Part shown: piece by piece, positions 1 through 9,380 of the stretch
Layout: every line of letters starts with the position of its first letter
How positions within the stretch are numbered: the first letter of the stretch is position 1
Assembly (NCBI GenBank): GCA_963733295.1
Contig: CAVTCS010000003.1
Span: 1,888,001 to 1,952,000, forward strand
DNA length: 64,000 bases
From: Vulcanimicrobiota bacterium
GTDB lineage: Bacteria; Vulcanimicrobiota; Vulcanimicrobiia; Vulcanimicrobiales; Vulcanimicrobiaceae
Direction: 5' to 3'
Translations under genes and position numbers: made by a program
Notes under the pieces: generated by a model
The model's database searches: none
The model's input: the letters and a program-made list of their open reading frames with translations, nothing else
What the model was told of the DNA's origin: nothing

Positions 1-184
1 TCGACTCGGTTTTGGCACCCAAAAGGCTGTAGCCGTAGAACGAGTCGCCGTCGTATGCATATGTGATCGGAACGATGTATGGCTGTCCTTGGCGATCGAC
101 GTAGCCGATACGTGCCGTGCTCTCTGCTCGCAGAAATGCGTCAAGGGCTTCATCGGATAAGGCGCGAACCGAAAAATTATCCAT
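1..184 (-). CDS. Pyridoxamine 5'-phosphate oxidase-like (NimA/FMN-binding split barrel) protein, runs off the window edge
   Basis: Not in ORF track. Manual translation from ATG at 184: MDNFSVRALSDEALDAFLRAESTARIGYVDRQGQPYIVPITYAYDGDSFYGYSLLGAKTES; RIG...PYIVPI.Y.YDG...S..G.K is the PNPOx-like pattern. Confidence 0.75.
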   Translation of the reverse strand, partial: MDNFSVRALSDEALDAFLRAESTARIGYVDRQGQPYIVPITYAYDGDSFYGYSLLGAKTES

Positions 185-592
185 ACATAACGTCCGTTCC
201 AGTCAAGAGGCTGCGCAAGTCACGCAGCCATCCTACCCCACCACGTCACGTGTTCACAATACCCTACAGGGTACGGTATCATAAACGCTAACGCTGCAAA
301 AGATGCTCTCACCGGACGCTACAAAAAAGACGTATCGATCTGCAGAGATCGCGTTGTACTAGGTCTGCCGTTGGGCGCCAGTACTTGGGTCGAAGTTCTC
401 TTCTTCGACTCTTAGGGTCGATCGCACAACGACCTCAACGGGGCGCTCTTTCGCCGAGCGAATTCGCACTCGCTGGTCCTGAAAGGTGCTGCTTCTTGTG
501 CTATCGTTAAGCGGGACCGGGTCGCGTCTGATCGAGCGCCCGGCTGGAATATCTCAAGCTGCGTACTTTTGAGTCGGTGGGTGTCAAACGCG

Positions 593-1063
593 ATGTTTTC
601 ACTCTTGTTCGGAACCGATACCTCGGACGATGCCTTCAAAGCGACAGAGCTCCTGTCGCAGATCATCGATCCGCGCTCCGTCGACCGCATCAAAGTCCTC
701 TTATTGGCATGGCCCGAACGGGTGAGTCCCTTCTGGGACAGGGCACATGACAAGCGTTGGAAGGCGCACGACCTGCACGAAGCAGCGGCGCTCGTCGTCG
801 CACAGGAGCGAGAGCGCTTTGAGCGCTTGTTCGCCCCACATTGCTCCGTCATTGAAGGGGAAGGAGTATCTGGAGACCCCTTGGGCCAATTTCAGCGGGC
901 CACGGAGGACGTCGATGCGTCGATGATCGTCTTGGCGATCTCACGAGCTGCTCATGCGGAGCAGGTTCGGACGCTCGCGATGCAGATCGTCGAAGCTTCA
1001 CCGATTCCGGTTGTGCTCTTATTCGGCGCGGGAGCGCTTCCAAATCATGCTCAATCGCGTTGA
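593..1063 (+). CDS. Universal stress protein (USP)-like
   Basis: N-terminal LLFGTDTS, GDP..., MIVLA and C-terminal IVEASPIPVVL match the USP fold; ATG 593 preferred over TTG 569. Confidence 0.65.
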   Translation: MFSLLFGTDTSDDAFKATELLSQIIDPRSVDRIKVLLLAWPERVSPFWDRAHDKRWKAHDLHEAAALVVAQERERFERLFAPHCSVIEGEGVSGDPLGQFQRATEDVDASMIVLAISRAAHAEQVRTLAMQIVEASPIPVVLLFGAGALPNHAQSR

Positions 1064-1287
1064 CCTTCTTCGTCAGGCTCCTAGCTGCTAAACAAAGTTC
1101 GATTGCGAACAGATTGTCTCGAAATTCATGAAGCTTGAACCTTTCTGGAATGTTCCCAGAAAGGCCACGCTTTCATTGACACTCCCGGGCATCGGAGTAT
1201 CATCCGCTTATATCCTTACATCTTTCTACATCTTATGTCCGCGTATTGTTCGCGGGACGAAAACTGAACCTCGGCAGGTAAAGGAAC

Positions 1288-1635
1288 GTGGAAAACGTCC
1301 GCGCCTACTCGTTTAACGATAGTCTGATCGTCGAGCTTTCCGGCGAACACGACATGTCGACGATTCCGCACGTTGAGCCGGCGATGGCATCGGCAAGCAG
1401 AGAGAAGGGCGTCGTCGTCGTCGATCTCAGCCAAGCGACTTTCGTCGACTCGAGCGTGCTTTCGATGCTTCTGCGAGCCCACAAGAAACTCGGCACTCGC
1501 ATGCGCGTGGTTCTAACGAGCGGCTCGAGGGTCCGCCACATCTTCGAGGTCACGCAGATGGATCGCTACATCGCGATCGTCGAAAGCGTATCCGAGGCCC
1601 TGCGTCCGAGCGAAACGCACCGCTCGACCGCGTAG
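1288..1635 (+). CDS. STAS-domain anti-sigma factor antagonist
   Basis: LSGEHD, VVVDLSQATFVDSSVL (phosphorylatable Ser motif), VRHIFEVT. Confidence 0.85.
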   Translation: MENVRAYSFNDSLIVELSGEHDMSTIPHVEPAMASASREKGVVVVDLSQATFVDSSVLSMLLRAHKKLGTRMRVVLTSGSRVRHIFEVTQMDRYIAIVESVSEALRPSETHRSTA

Positions 1636-1659
1636 TCCCGGCCGGCTCGAGCCGACCGG

Positions 1660-3042
1660 TCAGACGATCAGACTGCCTAAATTCGCGCCGGCACCCGACA
1701 GGTTCGTGAAGGACGACGTCCCCATGACGACCGCCGGATCGACGCCGAGGTACTGCATCACGGCCGAGAGATAGTACCGGAAATCGATGTCGACGCCGAC
1801 ATAGTTCCCGCTGAGACCCGGCGAGAGATTCGGATAGATCTCCGTGCCGTAGAAACCGCCGGTCGCGTTGTCGCCGATGACGAAGTGGAAGCTCGCCGTG
1901 CCGTGATCGGTTCCGGCAGAGGCGTTCGAGTACGGGAGGCGGCCGAATTCCGACGTCGTCATAATGATGACGTTGCTGCTGGCGTTGAGCCCCTTCAGGT
2001 AGGCATAGAATTCAGAAACCGCTTCCGAGAACTCTTGCAGCAACAAGGGTTGCTGCGCGACCTCGCTCGAGTGCGTGTCGTAGCCGCCTTGCCGGACGTA
2101 GTAGGCTCGCGTCGGCGCGCCACCGAGAATCAAGCGGGCCACCTGCGCCATCTGCACCTTGACGTTGCTGGTGGTTGCGGCCTTGCCGGGATACGTGATC
2201 TGGAGTTGGTAAGGGGGGTAGGCCGGGGTAACGGGATACTGCGAGCTGAGGGGTCCTCCGCCGACTTGATCGGGGTTGACCGCCATCGCGTAGGCCTGCA
2301 CGACCGACACGTAGTTCGTCGTTTGTGCCGCGAGCGAGCGAGCAAATTCCGAAGAGATTGCCGTCGTGGCGTATGCGTCGTTGCCGGATAGCGCGAGTTT
2401 ACCGTTGGCAGCGCCCGCGTTTCCCGTGTTGACTTGGAAGTTTTGGAGATCGCCTCCCACGACGAGCGGTGAGGTCTTCGCGCCGATCATCGCAATCGGC
2501 GTGCCACCCATGACGGAGACCATGGGCGAGATGTTGCCGCTGCCGCCGAGCGAGTCGAACGTTTGGCCCACCCAGCCCAGATTCGCAGCCGTCGTGTCGT
2601 TGGTGCCCGCGCTGTACCAGTAGAACTGCGCCTGCTGGTGTCCGTCGCGATTCGCAACCCCCGACTCCAAGCCGAGGCCCGAGACGACCGCGACGCGACC
2701 CGAAGCGTACAGGCTTCTGAGTTCCGTCATGACGGGGTTGAAAGCGTAGGTGCTGCCGGTTCCGACCGGCGAGGGCGTCGCGTCGAAGTAGGTTTGAGCC
2801 GTATCGATGGCACTCAACGGAACTGCGATGTTGGCGCGCAGTCTATTGTAGATCGGTGCGTTGGTCGGATCCAGCGGAACGACCATGTTGAAGCCGTCGT
2901 TGCCACCCAAGAATTCGTACACCACGACGATCGTATTTCCGGTAGCGGCCGCCGCGGGTTTTGCCAAGAGCCGCAGGAAGGCCCCGGACGAGAAAGCCAT
3001 GGCGCTTGAGCCGCACAAAAACTTACGGCGCGAGAACAGCAT
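1660..3042 (-). CDS. DUF1501 family Tat-exported protein
   Basis: SRRKFL twin-arginine signal; GGNDGFN, GGYDTH, SEFGR, GTDHG motifs; downstream of DUF1800 gene. Confidence 0.88.
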   Translation of the reverse strand: MLFSRRKFLCGSSAMAFSSGAFLRLLAKPAAAATGNTIVVVYEFLGGNDGFNMVVPLDPTNAPIYNRLRANIAVPLSAIDTAQTYFDATPSPVGTGSTYAFNPVMTELRSLYASGRVAVVSGLGLESGVANRDGHQQAQFYWYSAGTNDTTAANLGWVGQTFDSLGGSGNISPMVSVMGGTPIAMIGAKTSPLVVGGDLQNFQVNTGNAGAANGKLALSGNDAYATTAISSEFARSLAAQTTNYVSVVQAYAMAVNPDQVGGGPLSSQYPVTPAYPPYQLQITYPGKAATTSNVKVQMAQVARLILGGAPTRAYYVRQGGYDTHSSEVAQQPLLLQEFSEAVSEFYAYLKGLNASSNVIIMTTSEFGRLPYSNASAGTDHGTASFHFVIGDNATGGFYGTEIYPNLSPGLSGNYVGVDIDFRYYLSAVMQYLGVDPAVVMGTSSFTNLSGAGANLGSLIV

Positions 3043-3044
3043 CG

Positions 3045-5330
3045 TTAGTTTGCCTCGTATTCCGGAGAGGTGAGTACCATCCAGAGCGCGCCCTTGAGAC
3101 CGACCTGAAACGAGTTCCCGGCAGTCAGGCTCGCGTTGTTCCGAAAGTTCATCATGTAGTTCGTGACCAGCGTCTTCAATTCAGGGGTGCCGCCGTCGAC
3201 GAGGGCATCGAGGATGTAGTTGACGGCTTTATTCACGTCGGCCGTCGTCGCGGTCGTTCCCGCGGGAGCGACCGTGGTCAAGTCGAGCGACGTGTCTTGT
3301 TGATTCGTCGGCTGCGCGATGTAAGCGTCGGAGCCGAGGTGTGCCCCGGAGGACCAGCGCGCCAGCAGCTCGATGTTGCTGACCAAGCCCTCCTTGTTCC
3401 CCGGATAGTAGAACGAGAAGACCGTAGGCGGATACATGGTCCGCTCCTGCATGTTGTTGGTATCGCCGATGGGGCCCGAGAGCGGAACGTTCTGACCGGT
3501 GATCGGGTTCGCCGAGACCGGATTGTCGGGACCGCGCAGCGCGCGGATCGCGTCGATCTCCATCTCGAGCGGTTCCTTCACCATGGTGTACTTCCCGAGC
3601 AAGAACTCCGGGTCGCTCGCGATCGCACTGACCACCAGTGCGATCTGGTTGGGTGCGGTCAGGTTCGCGCACCACACTTTTGAAATGCGGGACACGTAAC
3701 CCGGCGAGGGCTGCTCGTTGACGAGCCGCTCCAGCATCTCTTTCGCTTCGAAAGCACAGGTCGTCGGCTGGCTTGCAAGGATCGTGACGAAATTGTCGAC
3801 GACACAGGGTCCGCTCGCGGCCTGACCGGGCGGGAGCGTACCTACCCAGCTGCACTGCGTGCCGCCCGGATCGCTGATCGTCTGCCCGAAAATCGGCGGC
3901 AACGGGTTGCCGCCGTTGTTGACCGGATTGTAGTGGTTGGCCGGGCTGAACTGCACGGTCTCGAGATACGACGGCCACGCTCCGACGAGCGCCGAGGGCT
4001 GGTGGACGACGAATCCCGTCATCGCTTCGGAGGCCGTTACGACGTCGGCTTGCTGGTACGTCGGCACCGGATTCCCGCTCCCGTCAAGCACCGGTGTGCC
4101 GTCCGGGTTCAACTGAGTCAAGCCGATCGTGTAGAGCTGCATCAGTTCGCGGCCGAAATTCTGGTTAGGCGGATTCGAAGGACTGTTGCCGTTGTTTCCG
4201 TTGTTGTCCAGCCAGTAGAGCATCGCCGGCTCTTTGGCGACGTCGCTGACCAACTTCGCGAAGTTGCCGAGGGCATCGGCGCGAACGGTTTCGACGTAGT
4301 GGTCCATCGCGCCCGGACTGTTGACCGTGGCCTCGCTGACGGAGAAGTGCTCGAGCCAGTGGAGCGTGAGCTTCTCGAGCAGCTGCCGCTGCGTTGCGAC
4401 TTGCTGCTGGATCAGCCGGTTCTCGACGATTTGGCTGTATGCGTCGTCGGGAAACAACATGTTGTTGCCGGTGAGCGTCGGCATGGGATAGACGAAAATC
4501 GGCAGCGTCGAATCGGTGATCGCCGTATAGTTGATTTGGTTGGTCACCCAGGCCGCTACGCCGCCGTGCGTGTACCAATACGAAACCTGATCGGGCGAAT
4601 CGCTGAAGCCCAGGCGGCGCATCACGTACTGCACGTCGCTGCGCCGAAGCGGGGCGCCCGTCGGAAGCGATGGCGGCCCCGAACCCGGGTTTCGCGTCCC
4701 GGCTGCGTCGACGGTAACGTGCCCACCGGGCCGGCTCGCACTCGGTGCGGGCAGCGACGCGACGCTAACCATCGAGGGATGAGCGATCTGCGCCGCTGGC
4801 GCGCCTCCCGAGCGCTGCGCGGCCGCTACCGGGACGGCGGAGGCTGCGGAGCCCATTACCGCAAGCGACGACGTCGGGAGCGCATCCGCGACGACGTGAT
4901 ACGTTCCCACCTCGCGACCGGTAACGCCGTTCACGCGCAAAAGCAAACGTTGCGCGCCGAACGGCACCGGCAAGGTCACTGCCGTCCCAGCCTCGAGCCA
5001 ACCCGAGATCTGACGTCCGCCCGCATTCGCGAAAGCCGCCATGAGCGTGCCTTGCAAGCCGGCGCAGCCGCTCGGGGTGAAGTTGTGACCGCACGCACCG
5101 TAACGGCCCGTGAGCGTACCGCTCGCACTCAGACGAACGAAGTGCGACGTCGACACGTCGATTCCGGCATCGCGACCGGCGCCGAGCGTCGAACTGGCCG
5201 GAACTTCCGAGATCGCAAAGGTTCTTACTACTGGAGCTGCGGGCCGAACCCACGCGGGGGGCGTCGTCGCGAGAGCCGGCGAGATCGTGCACGCAACGAG
5301 TCCTGCAACCGCACACAAACGACGAAGCAT
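3045..5330 (-). CDS. DUF1800 family exported protein with extra N-terminal region
   Basis: LLEKLTLHWLEHF, PAMLYWLDN, PNQNFGRELMQLYTIG, C-terminal LTSPEY; start 5330 gives a signal peptide after a G-rich RBS. Confidence 0.85.
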   Translation of the reverse strand: MLRRLCAVAGLVACTISPALATTPPAWVRPAAPVVRTFAISEVPASSTLGAGRDAGIDVSTSHFVRLSASGTLTGRYGACGHNFTPSGCAGLQGTLMAAFANAGGRQISGWLEAGTAVTLPVPFGAQRLLLRVNGVTGREVGTYHVVADALPTSSLAVMGSAASAVPVAAAQRSGGAPAAQIAHPSMVSVASLPAPSASRPGGHVTVDAAGTRNPGSGPPSLPTGAPLRRSDVQYVMRRLGFSDSPDQVSYWYTHGGVAAWVTNQINYTAITDSTLPIFVYPMPTLTGNNMLFPDDAYSQIVENRLIQQQVATQRQLLEKLTLHWLEHFSVSEATVNSPGAMDHYVETVRADALGNFAKLVSDVAKEPAMLYWLDNNGNNGNSPSNPPNQNFGRELMQLYTIGLTQLNPDGTPVLDGSGNPVPTYQQADVVTASEAMTGFVVHQPSALVGAWPSYLETVQFSPANHYNPVNNGGNPLPPIFGQTISDPGGTQCSWVGTLPPGQAASGPCVVDNFVTILASQPTTCAFEAKEMLERLVNEQPSPGYVSRISKVWCANLTAPNQIALVVSAIASDPEFLLGKYTMVKEPLEMEIDAIRALRGPDNPVSANPITGQNVPLSGPIGDTNNMQERTMYPPTVFSFYYPGNKEGLVSNIELLARWSSGAHLGSDAYIAQPTNQQDTSLDLTTVAPAGTTATTADVNKAVNYILDALVDGGTPELKTLVTNYMMNFRNNASLTAGNSFQVGLKGALWMVLTSPEYEAN

Positions 5331-5593
5331 AAGCCCCCCAAAGCACGAAGAATGCCGAGTAAATGCCCATCGGCGGGTTCGAATGAAGCGCACGCTCGTC
5401 CTGTTACATCGATGAGTTGAGCGGGTCACACTTCACCGACGTCACACTTGTGCGGGCTGAGATTTCAAGTCGAATGCCGACTTTATAGCGGAACGGACAG
5501 GCAAATGCGCGTCGGTCTGCCAAACAGGCCGAAAATGCGCGCTCTGACCCGAGCGGATTAGAACGCGATTAGAGTCTTATAGCGAAGGATACG

Positions 5594-7777
5594 ATGAGTT
5601 TATTTCGGCTCCGTAGTTTTGGCGTCGCATTTTTGTTTGTGATGGCGCTCGCAGCTTGTAGCGGCGGGGGCGGCAGTTCCCCGAGTCCCGGAGGCGGCGG
5701 CTCGCCCAGACCTCATGCGACGGCGACGCCGAGCCCGTATGCGTACGTGTTACCTTCGTCGAGCCCGCTGGCCGTTGCAGCCTACAACGTCATCTCGAAT
5801 CCGGTGGGACTCCCGGTTTCGGTCGACGGAGCCTCGGTCGGCAACGCACCCCAAACGCTGTCGACGCTGAGCTACGCCGCTCACACCGTGCTCGTGACCT
5901 CGACCACTGCCGGCGCCTCGCCGTACCCGTTCAAGATCAACGAGAACGCCGGCGCGGGGCATACGCTTCTTTACAACCAGGTGGTGGATACTTCGGGCTC
6001 GGTGGCCGGTACGGTTCTGCCGCCGGCGGTACCGGGCGCCCATAGACCGAATCTGCGGCATTCCGCGGGCGGCGTCATGCGCCGCTTTTCGCGTTATCAG
6101 AACCTTCCGATGTACAGCAGCACCGACATTGCCCTGCACTACGACGTAGCGCGCTTTCCGGGCGGCCGAACCTTCGATGACGTCGAAGCCGGACACGGCA
6201 TCGCTCGCGCGATGACCGTCGAGCAGTCGGACACCGCGGTAACCCGCGTCTTGACCGTCCAACCGGGACGCAACGTCGACGATGTGATTCGTTCGTTCCA
6301 GAGCCAGCCCGGCGTTTCGCTCGCAGACCACGTTCGCTTACGCTATCCCCTCGGAGGCTACGCGGGGAACGTCGCGCCGAACGACACGTACTACGTCTTG
6401 GGTGACCAATGGTATCTCGACGTCATCTCCGCGTCGTTTGCGTGGGGCTATGGCGCGGGCTCGGTTCCGATCGCCGTCATCGACACGGGCTTCGATCCAA
6501 ACCAGACCGAGGTCGCTCCGGCCGTGACGTTCAACGAGAAAATCATCGCACTGAAGGTCTTCCCGGACGGCGCGACCGACACGGACGGACACGGTACGTT
6601 CACCTCCGGTGTCGCGGGAGCGGTGACCAACAACAATGCCGGGTTCGCCGGCGTATCCTTTAACGCTCCGCTCCAAGAATACAAGATCTTCAACAACGCG
6701 ACGACCCCGACCGCACAGACGTCCGACGAAGCGGCCGCCATTCGCGACGCCGTCAAGAACGGGGCCAAAGTCATCCTGCTTCCGTTCGGCGGCCTTGGCG
6801 CCGCGGGGCCCGACCCCATCGAGCGCGACGCCGTAGAATTCGCAATCTCGAGCGGCGTAACGGTCATCGCGGCGAGCGGCGACGACGGCACCTCCGCAGC
6901 CGGACTCGACTTCCCCGCCGCGTACGACGGCGTCATCTCGGTCGGAGCGTCGGCAATCAACGACAGCGCGACGCCGGGCACAGTCAACGGCGGCGGAAAC
7001 TTCGAGTTCGTTCCTCCCTACTCCAACTCGTCAGCAGGTTTAACGCTCGTCGCGCCGGGCGGCTGGGGACCTCAAGGTTCGGGCGACGCGGATCTCATTC
7101 ACTTCATTGAAAACGTCTACACGACGCAGCCTTTTGCGGGCGATCCGAAATGCACCGGCGCAGCCACGCCGGCCGACTGCCGTGCGGACTACTTCGGCAC
7201 TTCGGGGGCATCCGCGCAAGTAGCGGGAACGGCGGCGCTCATGCTGAGTTCGAATGGCGCGCTGACGCCCGCGCAGGTTAGCTACATCCTGTCAGCTTCG
7301 ACCGACGATATCGGCGATCCGAATCAAGGCAGCGGCCGTCTCAACGCGCAACGTGCGCTCGGGATGGTCAACGCCTCTTCCACTCCGGCGCCCGGACAAT
7401 CGCCACCCGGAATACCGGTGCCTCATCCCGGGAATCTGGTCGTCTTCGCATACTCGAATAGCGGAGCCTCGATGCCGGTCGCTCCGGCGATTATCGACGC
7501 GACGTACCCGAACGGTATCCTCGTGAACGTCAACAACACGTTCCGAATCGCCGATATCCCCGCCGCGCCGGCACCGGGCGGGACGCCGATTCCGCACTGG
7601 AAGATCGGCGTTTGGTACGACGCCAACGGCGACGGTAAAGTCGGCCCCGGCGACTACTTCGGCGCCACGACCGCGGTGTGCCCGACGACCGGCCCTTGTC
7701 TCCCCGCCACCGGAGCCGGCACGATCACGCTTGGCCTGATTCCAACACCGTCCGGAACGCCGTTGAAGCTTCCCTAG
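5594..7777 (+). CDS. S8 (subtilisin-like) serine peptidase lipoprotein with PEGA-like N-terminal domain
   Basis: Lipobox LAAC; triad motifs VIDTG, DGHGT, GTSGAS; the oxyanion motif reads AASGD rather than AAGN. Confidence 0.88.
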   Translation: MSLFRLRSFGVAFLFVMALAACSGGGGSSPSPGGGGSPRPHATATPSPYAYVLPSSSPLAVAAYNVISNPVGLPVSVDGASVGNAPQTLSTLSYAAHTVLVTSTTAGASPYPFKINENAGAGHTLLYNQVVDTSGSVAGTVLPPAVPGAHRPNLRHSAGGVMRRFSRYQNLPMYSSTDIALHYDVARFPGGRTFDDVEAGHGIARAMTVEQSDTAVTRVLTVQPGRNVDDVIRSFQSQPGVSLADHVRLRYPLGGYAGNVAPNDTYYVLGDQWYLDVISASFAWGYGAGSVPIAVIDTGFDPNQTEVAPAVTFNEKIIALKVFPDGATDTDGHGTFTSGVAGAVTNNNAGFAGVSFNAPLQEYKIFNNATTPTAQTSDEAAAIRDAVKNGAKVILLPFGGLGAAGPDPIERDAVEFAISSGVTVIAASGDDGTSAAGLDFPAAYDGVISVGASAINDSATPGTVNGGGNFEFVPPYSNSSAGLTLVAPGGWGPQGSGDADLIHFIENVYTTQPFAGDPKCTGAATPADCRADYFGTSGASAQVAGTAALMLSSNGALTPAQVSYILSASTDDIGDPNQGSGRLNAQRALGMVNASSTPAPGQSPPGIPVPHPGNLVVFAYSNSGASMPVAPAIIDATYPNGILVNVNNTFRIADIPAAPAPGGTPIPHWKIGVWYDANGDGKVGPGDYFGATTAVCPTTGPCLPATGAGTITLGLIPTPSGTPLKLP

Positions 7778-7807
7778 ACTCCGTCTCGGATTAACTGAAG
7801 GATTGCG

Positions 7808-9358
7808 ATGAATCTCAAACACGCGACGCTCGCCACGTTTCTCGCCTCCGGGCTGCTCGTGGCGTGCAGCGGCGGCGGCAGCACGCCGAATCCGAGATCG
7901 AGCGGAACGGCCACGGCAACTCCGACTGGTGGCGCGACGCCAACTCCTTCGGGCAGCACGCCGACCCCCGCGCCGAGCGGCTCGGCGACACCCGCCGGTC
8001 TACCGGCGGCGCTCGAGATTCACTACCCGTTGTTCTACGGGCAGATCCTCGCGTCGTTTGCGAGCATCAATGCGGGCTTCCCGCGACAGATGGTGGCGCT
8101 TCCGAACGGCGATCTGCTGATCGGGACCGGTTCGCCCTTCGTCACGAACAATCAGGTCTACATTCTTCCGAACGCCGACGGTCCATCGTTCGCGGGCGCG
8201 CTCTCGGTGTTTGCAACACTCACCGACGGGACGTGCGGCGACCCGCGCTCGCTCAAGGAGAACGCCCAAGGTATCGCGTTCTCGCCGAGTTCCAGCGGCG
8301 GCACGATCTTCGTCGGAATGGAGTGCGCGGTCTTCAAGATTCCATACACGACCGGCGATAGGACGGCGCAACCGGCGACGAAGATCGTGGCGGTTCGCCA
8401 AGGATCGATCACGAACTTCACGACGGACGGCGACGTTCACCACACGACCTCGCTCGCCGTCTCGGGCTCCAATCTGTACGTGGGCGTCGGATCCTCGTGC
8501 AACGCCTGCGCCGAAGCCGATCCGACGCGCGCCGTCGTCCTCCGCACCGATTTCAGCGGAGCCGGTCAAGTGACGATCGCGAAACGCTTCCGCAATCCGC
8601 TGGCCCTTACGGTAAGTCCGAGCGGAACGGTTTGGGCGGGCGGAGCCGGCCAGGACTGCGCCATCAGCTCGAGCTACACACCGCCCGCAACGCCGCCGCC
8701 GACGTGCGTGGCGATGGATCAAGATTATTTCTCGGACGGACATCCGTTCGAGTTCATCGATCCGGTGTCGAAACGCTACGCAACGAACGGCAGCAGCACC
8801 GTCGACTACTATTGGCCGGTCTGTGAAGAAGATCTATGGCCGGTCGTCAGCGGCTCGAGCTGCAGCGGCATGTTCACGCGCCTGGTCCAAGCACCGGCCT
8901 ATGCAACGATGGAAGGCGCCACGTTTTATCCGAAATACGGCGCAAGCGCACCCGCCTATGCGTTTCCCTCGGCCTATCAAGGCGGGCTGTTCTTTACGCT
9001 TCACGGCTCGTGGCACGAAAGCTCGGCCGGCATTTTCGTCGCCGTGCCCGCGGTCGTCTACGTTCCGATGACGGGCGACACGCCGGTGAACCCACAAAAG
9101 TGGGGTACGCCCGGACAACCCGGCGGCTTCCCCTACTCGACGTGGGGAACTTCCGGCGGCAATCCGGTCGCGTTTCTCGACGGCTTCCAAGACAACACCG
9201 GCGCGCGCATCGGACGCCCGACCGGCATTGCCGTCGGTCCGAACGGCAGCCTGTTCGTCTCAGACGACAGCAGTGGAAACATCTATCGAATCCGCTACGG
9301 CACTCCCGGGGCAGCCGAACCTCGCGGCATGATGAGATATCCCGGCGCCCGCCATTAG
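7808..9358 (+). CDS. Glucose/sorbosone dehydrogenase-family beta-propeller lipoprotein
   Basis: Lipobox LVAC; LYVGVGSSCNACAE, RNPLAL, HGSW, GRPTGIAVGPNGSLFVSDD. Confidence 0.8.
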   Translation: MNLKHATLATFLASGLLVACSGGGSTPNPRSSGTATATPTGGATPTPSGSTPTPAPSGSATPAGLPAALEIHYPLFYGQILASFASINAGFPRQMVALPNGDLLIGTGSPFVTNNQVYILPNADGPSFAGALSVFATLTDGTCGDPRSLKENAQGIAFSPSSSGGTIFVGMECAVFKIPYTTGDRTAQPATKIVAVRQGSITNFTTDGDVHHTTSLAVSGSNLYVGVGSSCNACAEADPTRAVVLRTDFSGAGQVTIAKRFRNPLALTVSPSGTVWAGGAGQDCAISSSYTPPATPPPTCVAMDQDYFSDGHPFEFIDPVSKRYATNGSSTVDYYWPVCEEDLWPVVSGSSCSGMFTRLVQAPAYATMEGATFYPKYGASAPAYAFPSAYQGGLFFTLHGSWHESSAGIFVAVPAVVYVPMTGDTPVNPQKWGTPGQPGGFPYSTWGTSGGNPVAFLDGFQDNTGARIGRPTGIAVGPNGSLFVSDDSSGNIYRIRYGTPGAAEPRGMMRYPGARH

Positions 9359-9380
9359 ACTCGGGTTCGTTCTCCCGGCG

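Noticed and set aside
243..258. CRP/FNR box upstream of the PNPOx-like gene
   Set aside because: Only one good half-site (TCACA); the partner does not fit N6 spacing
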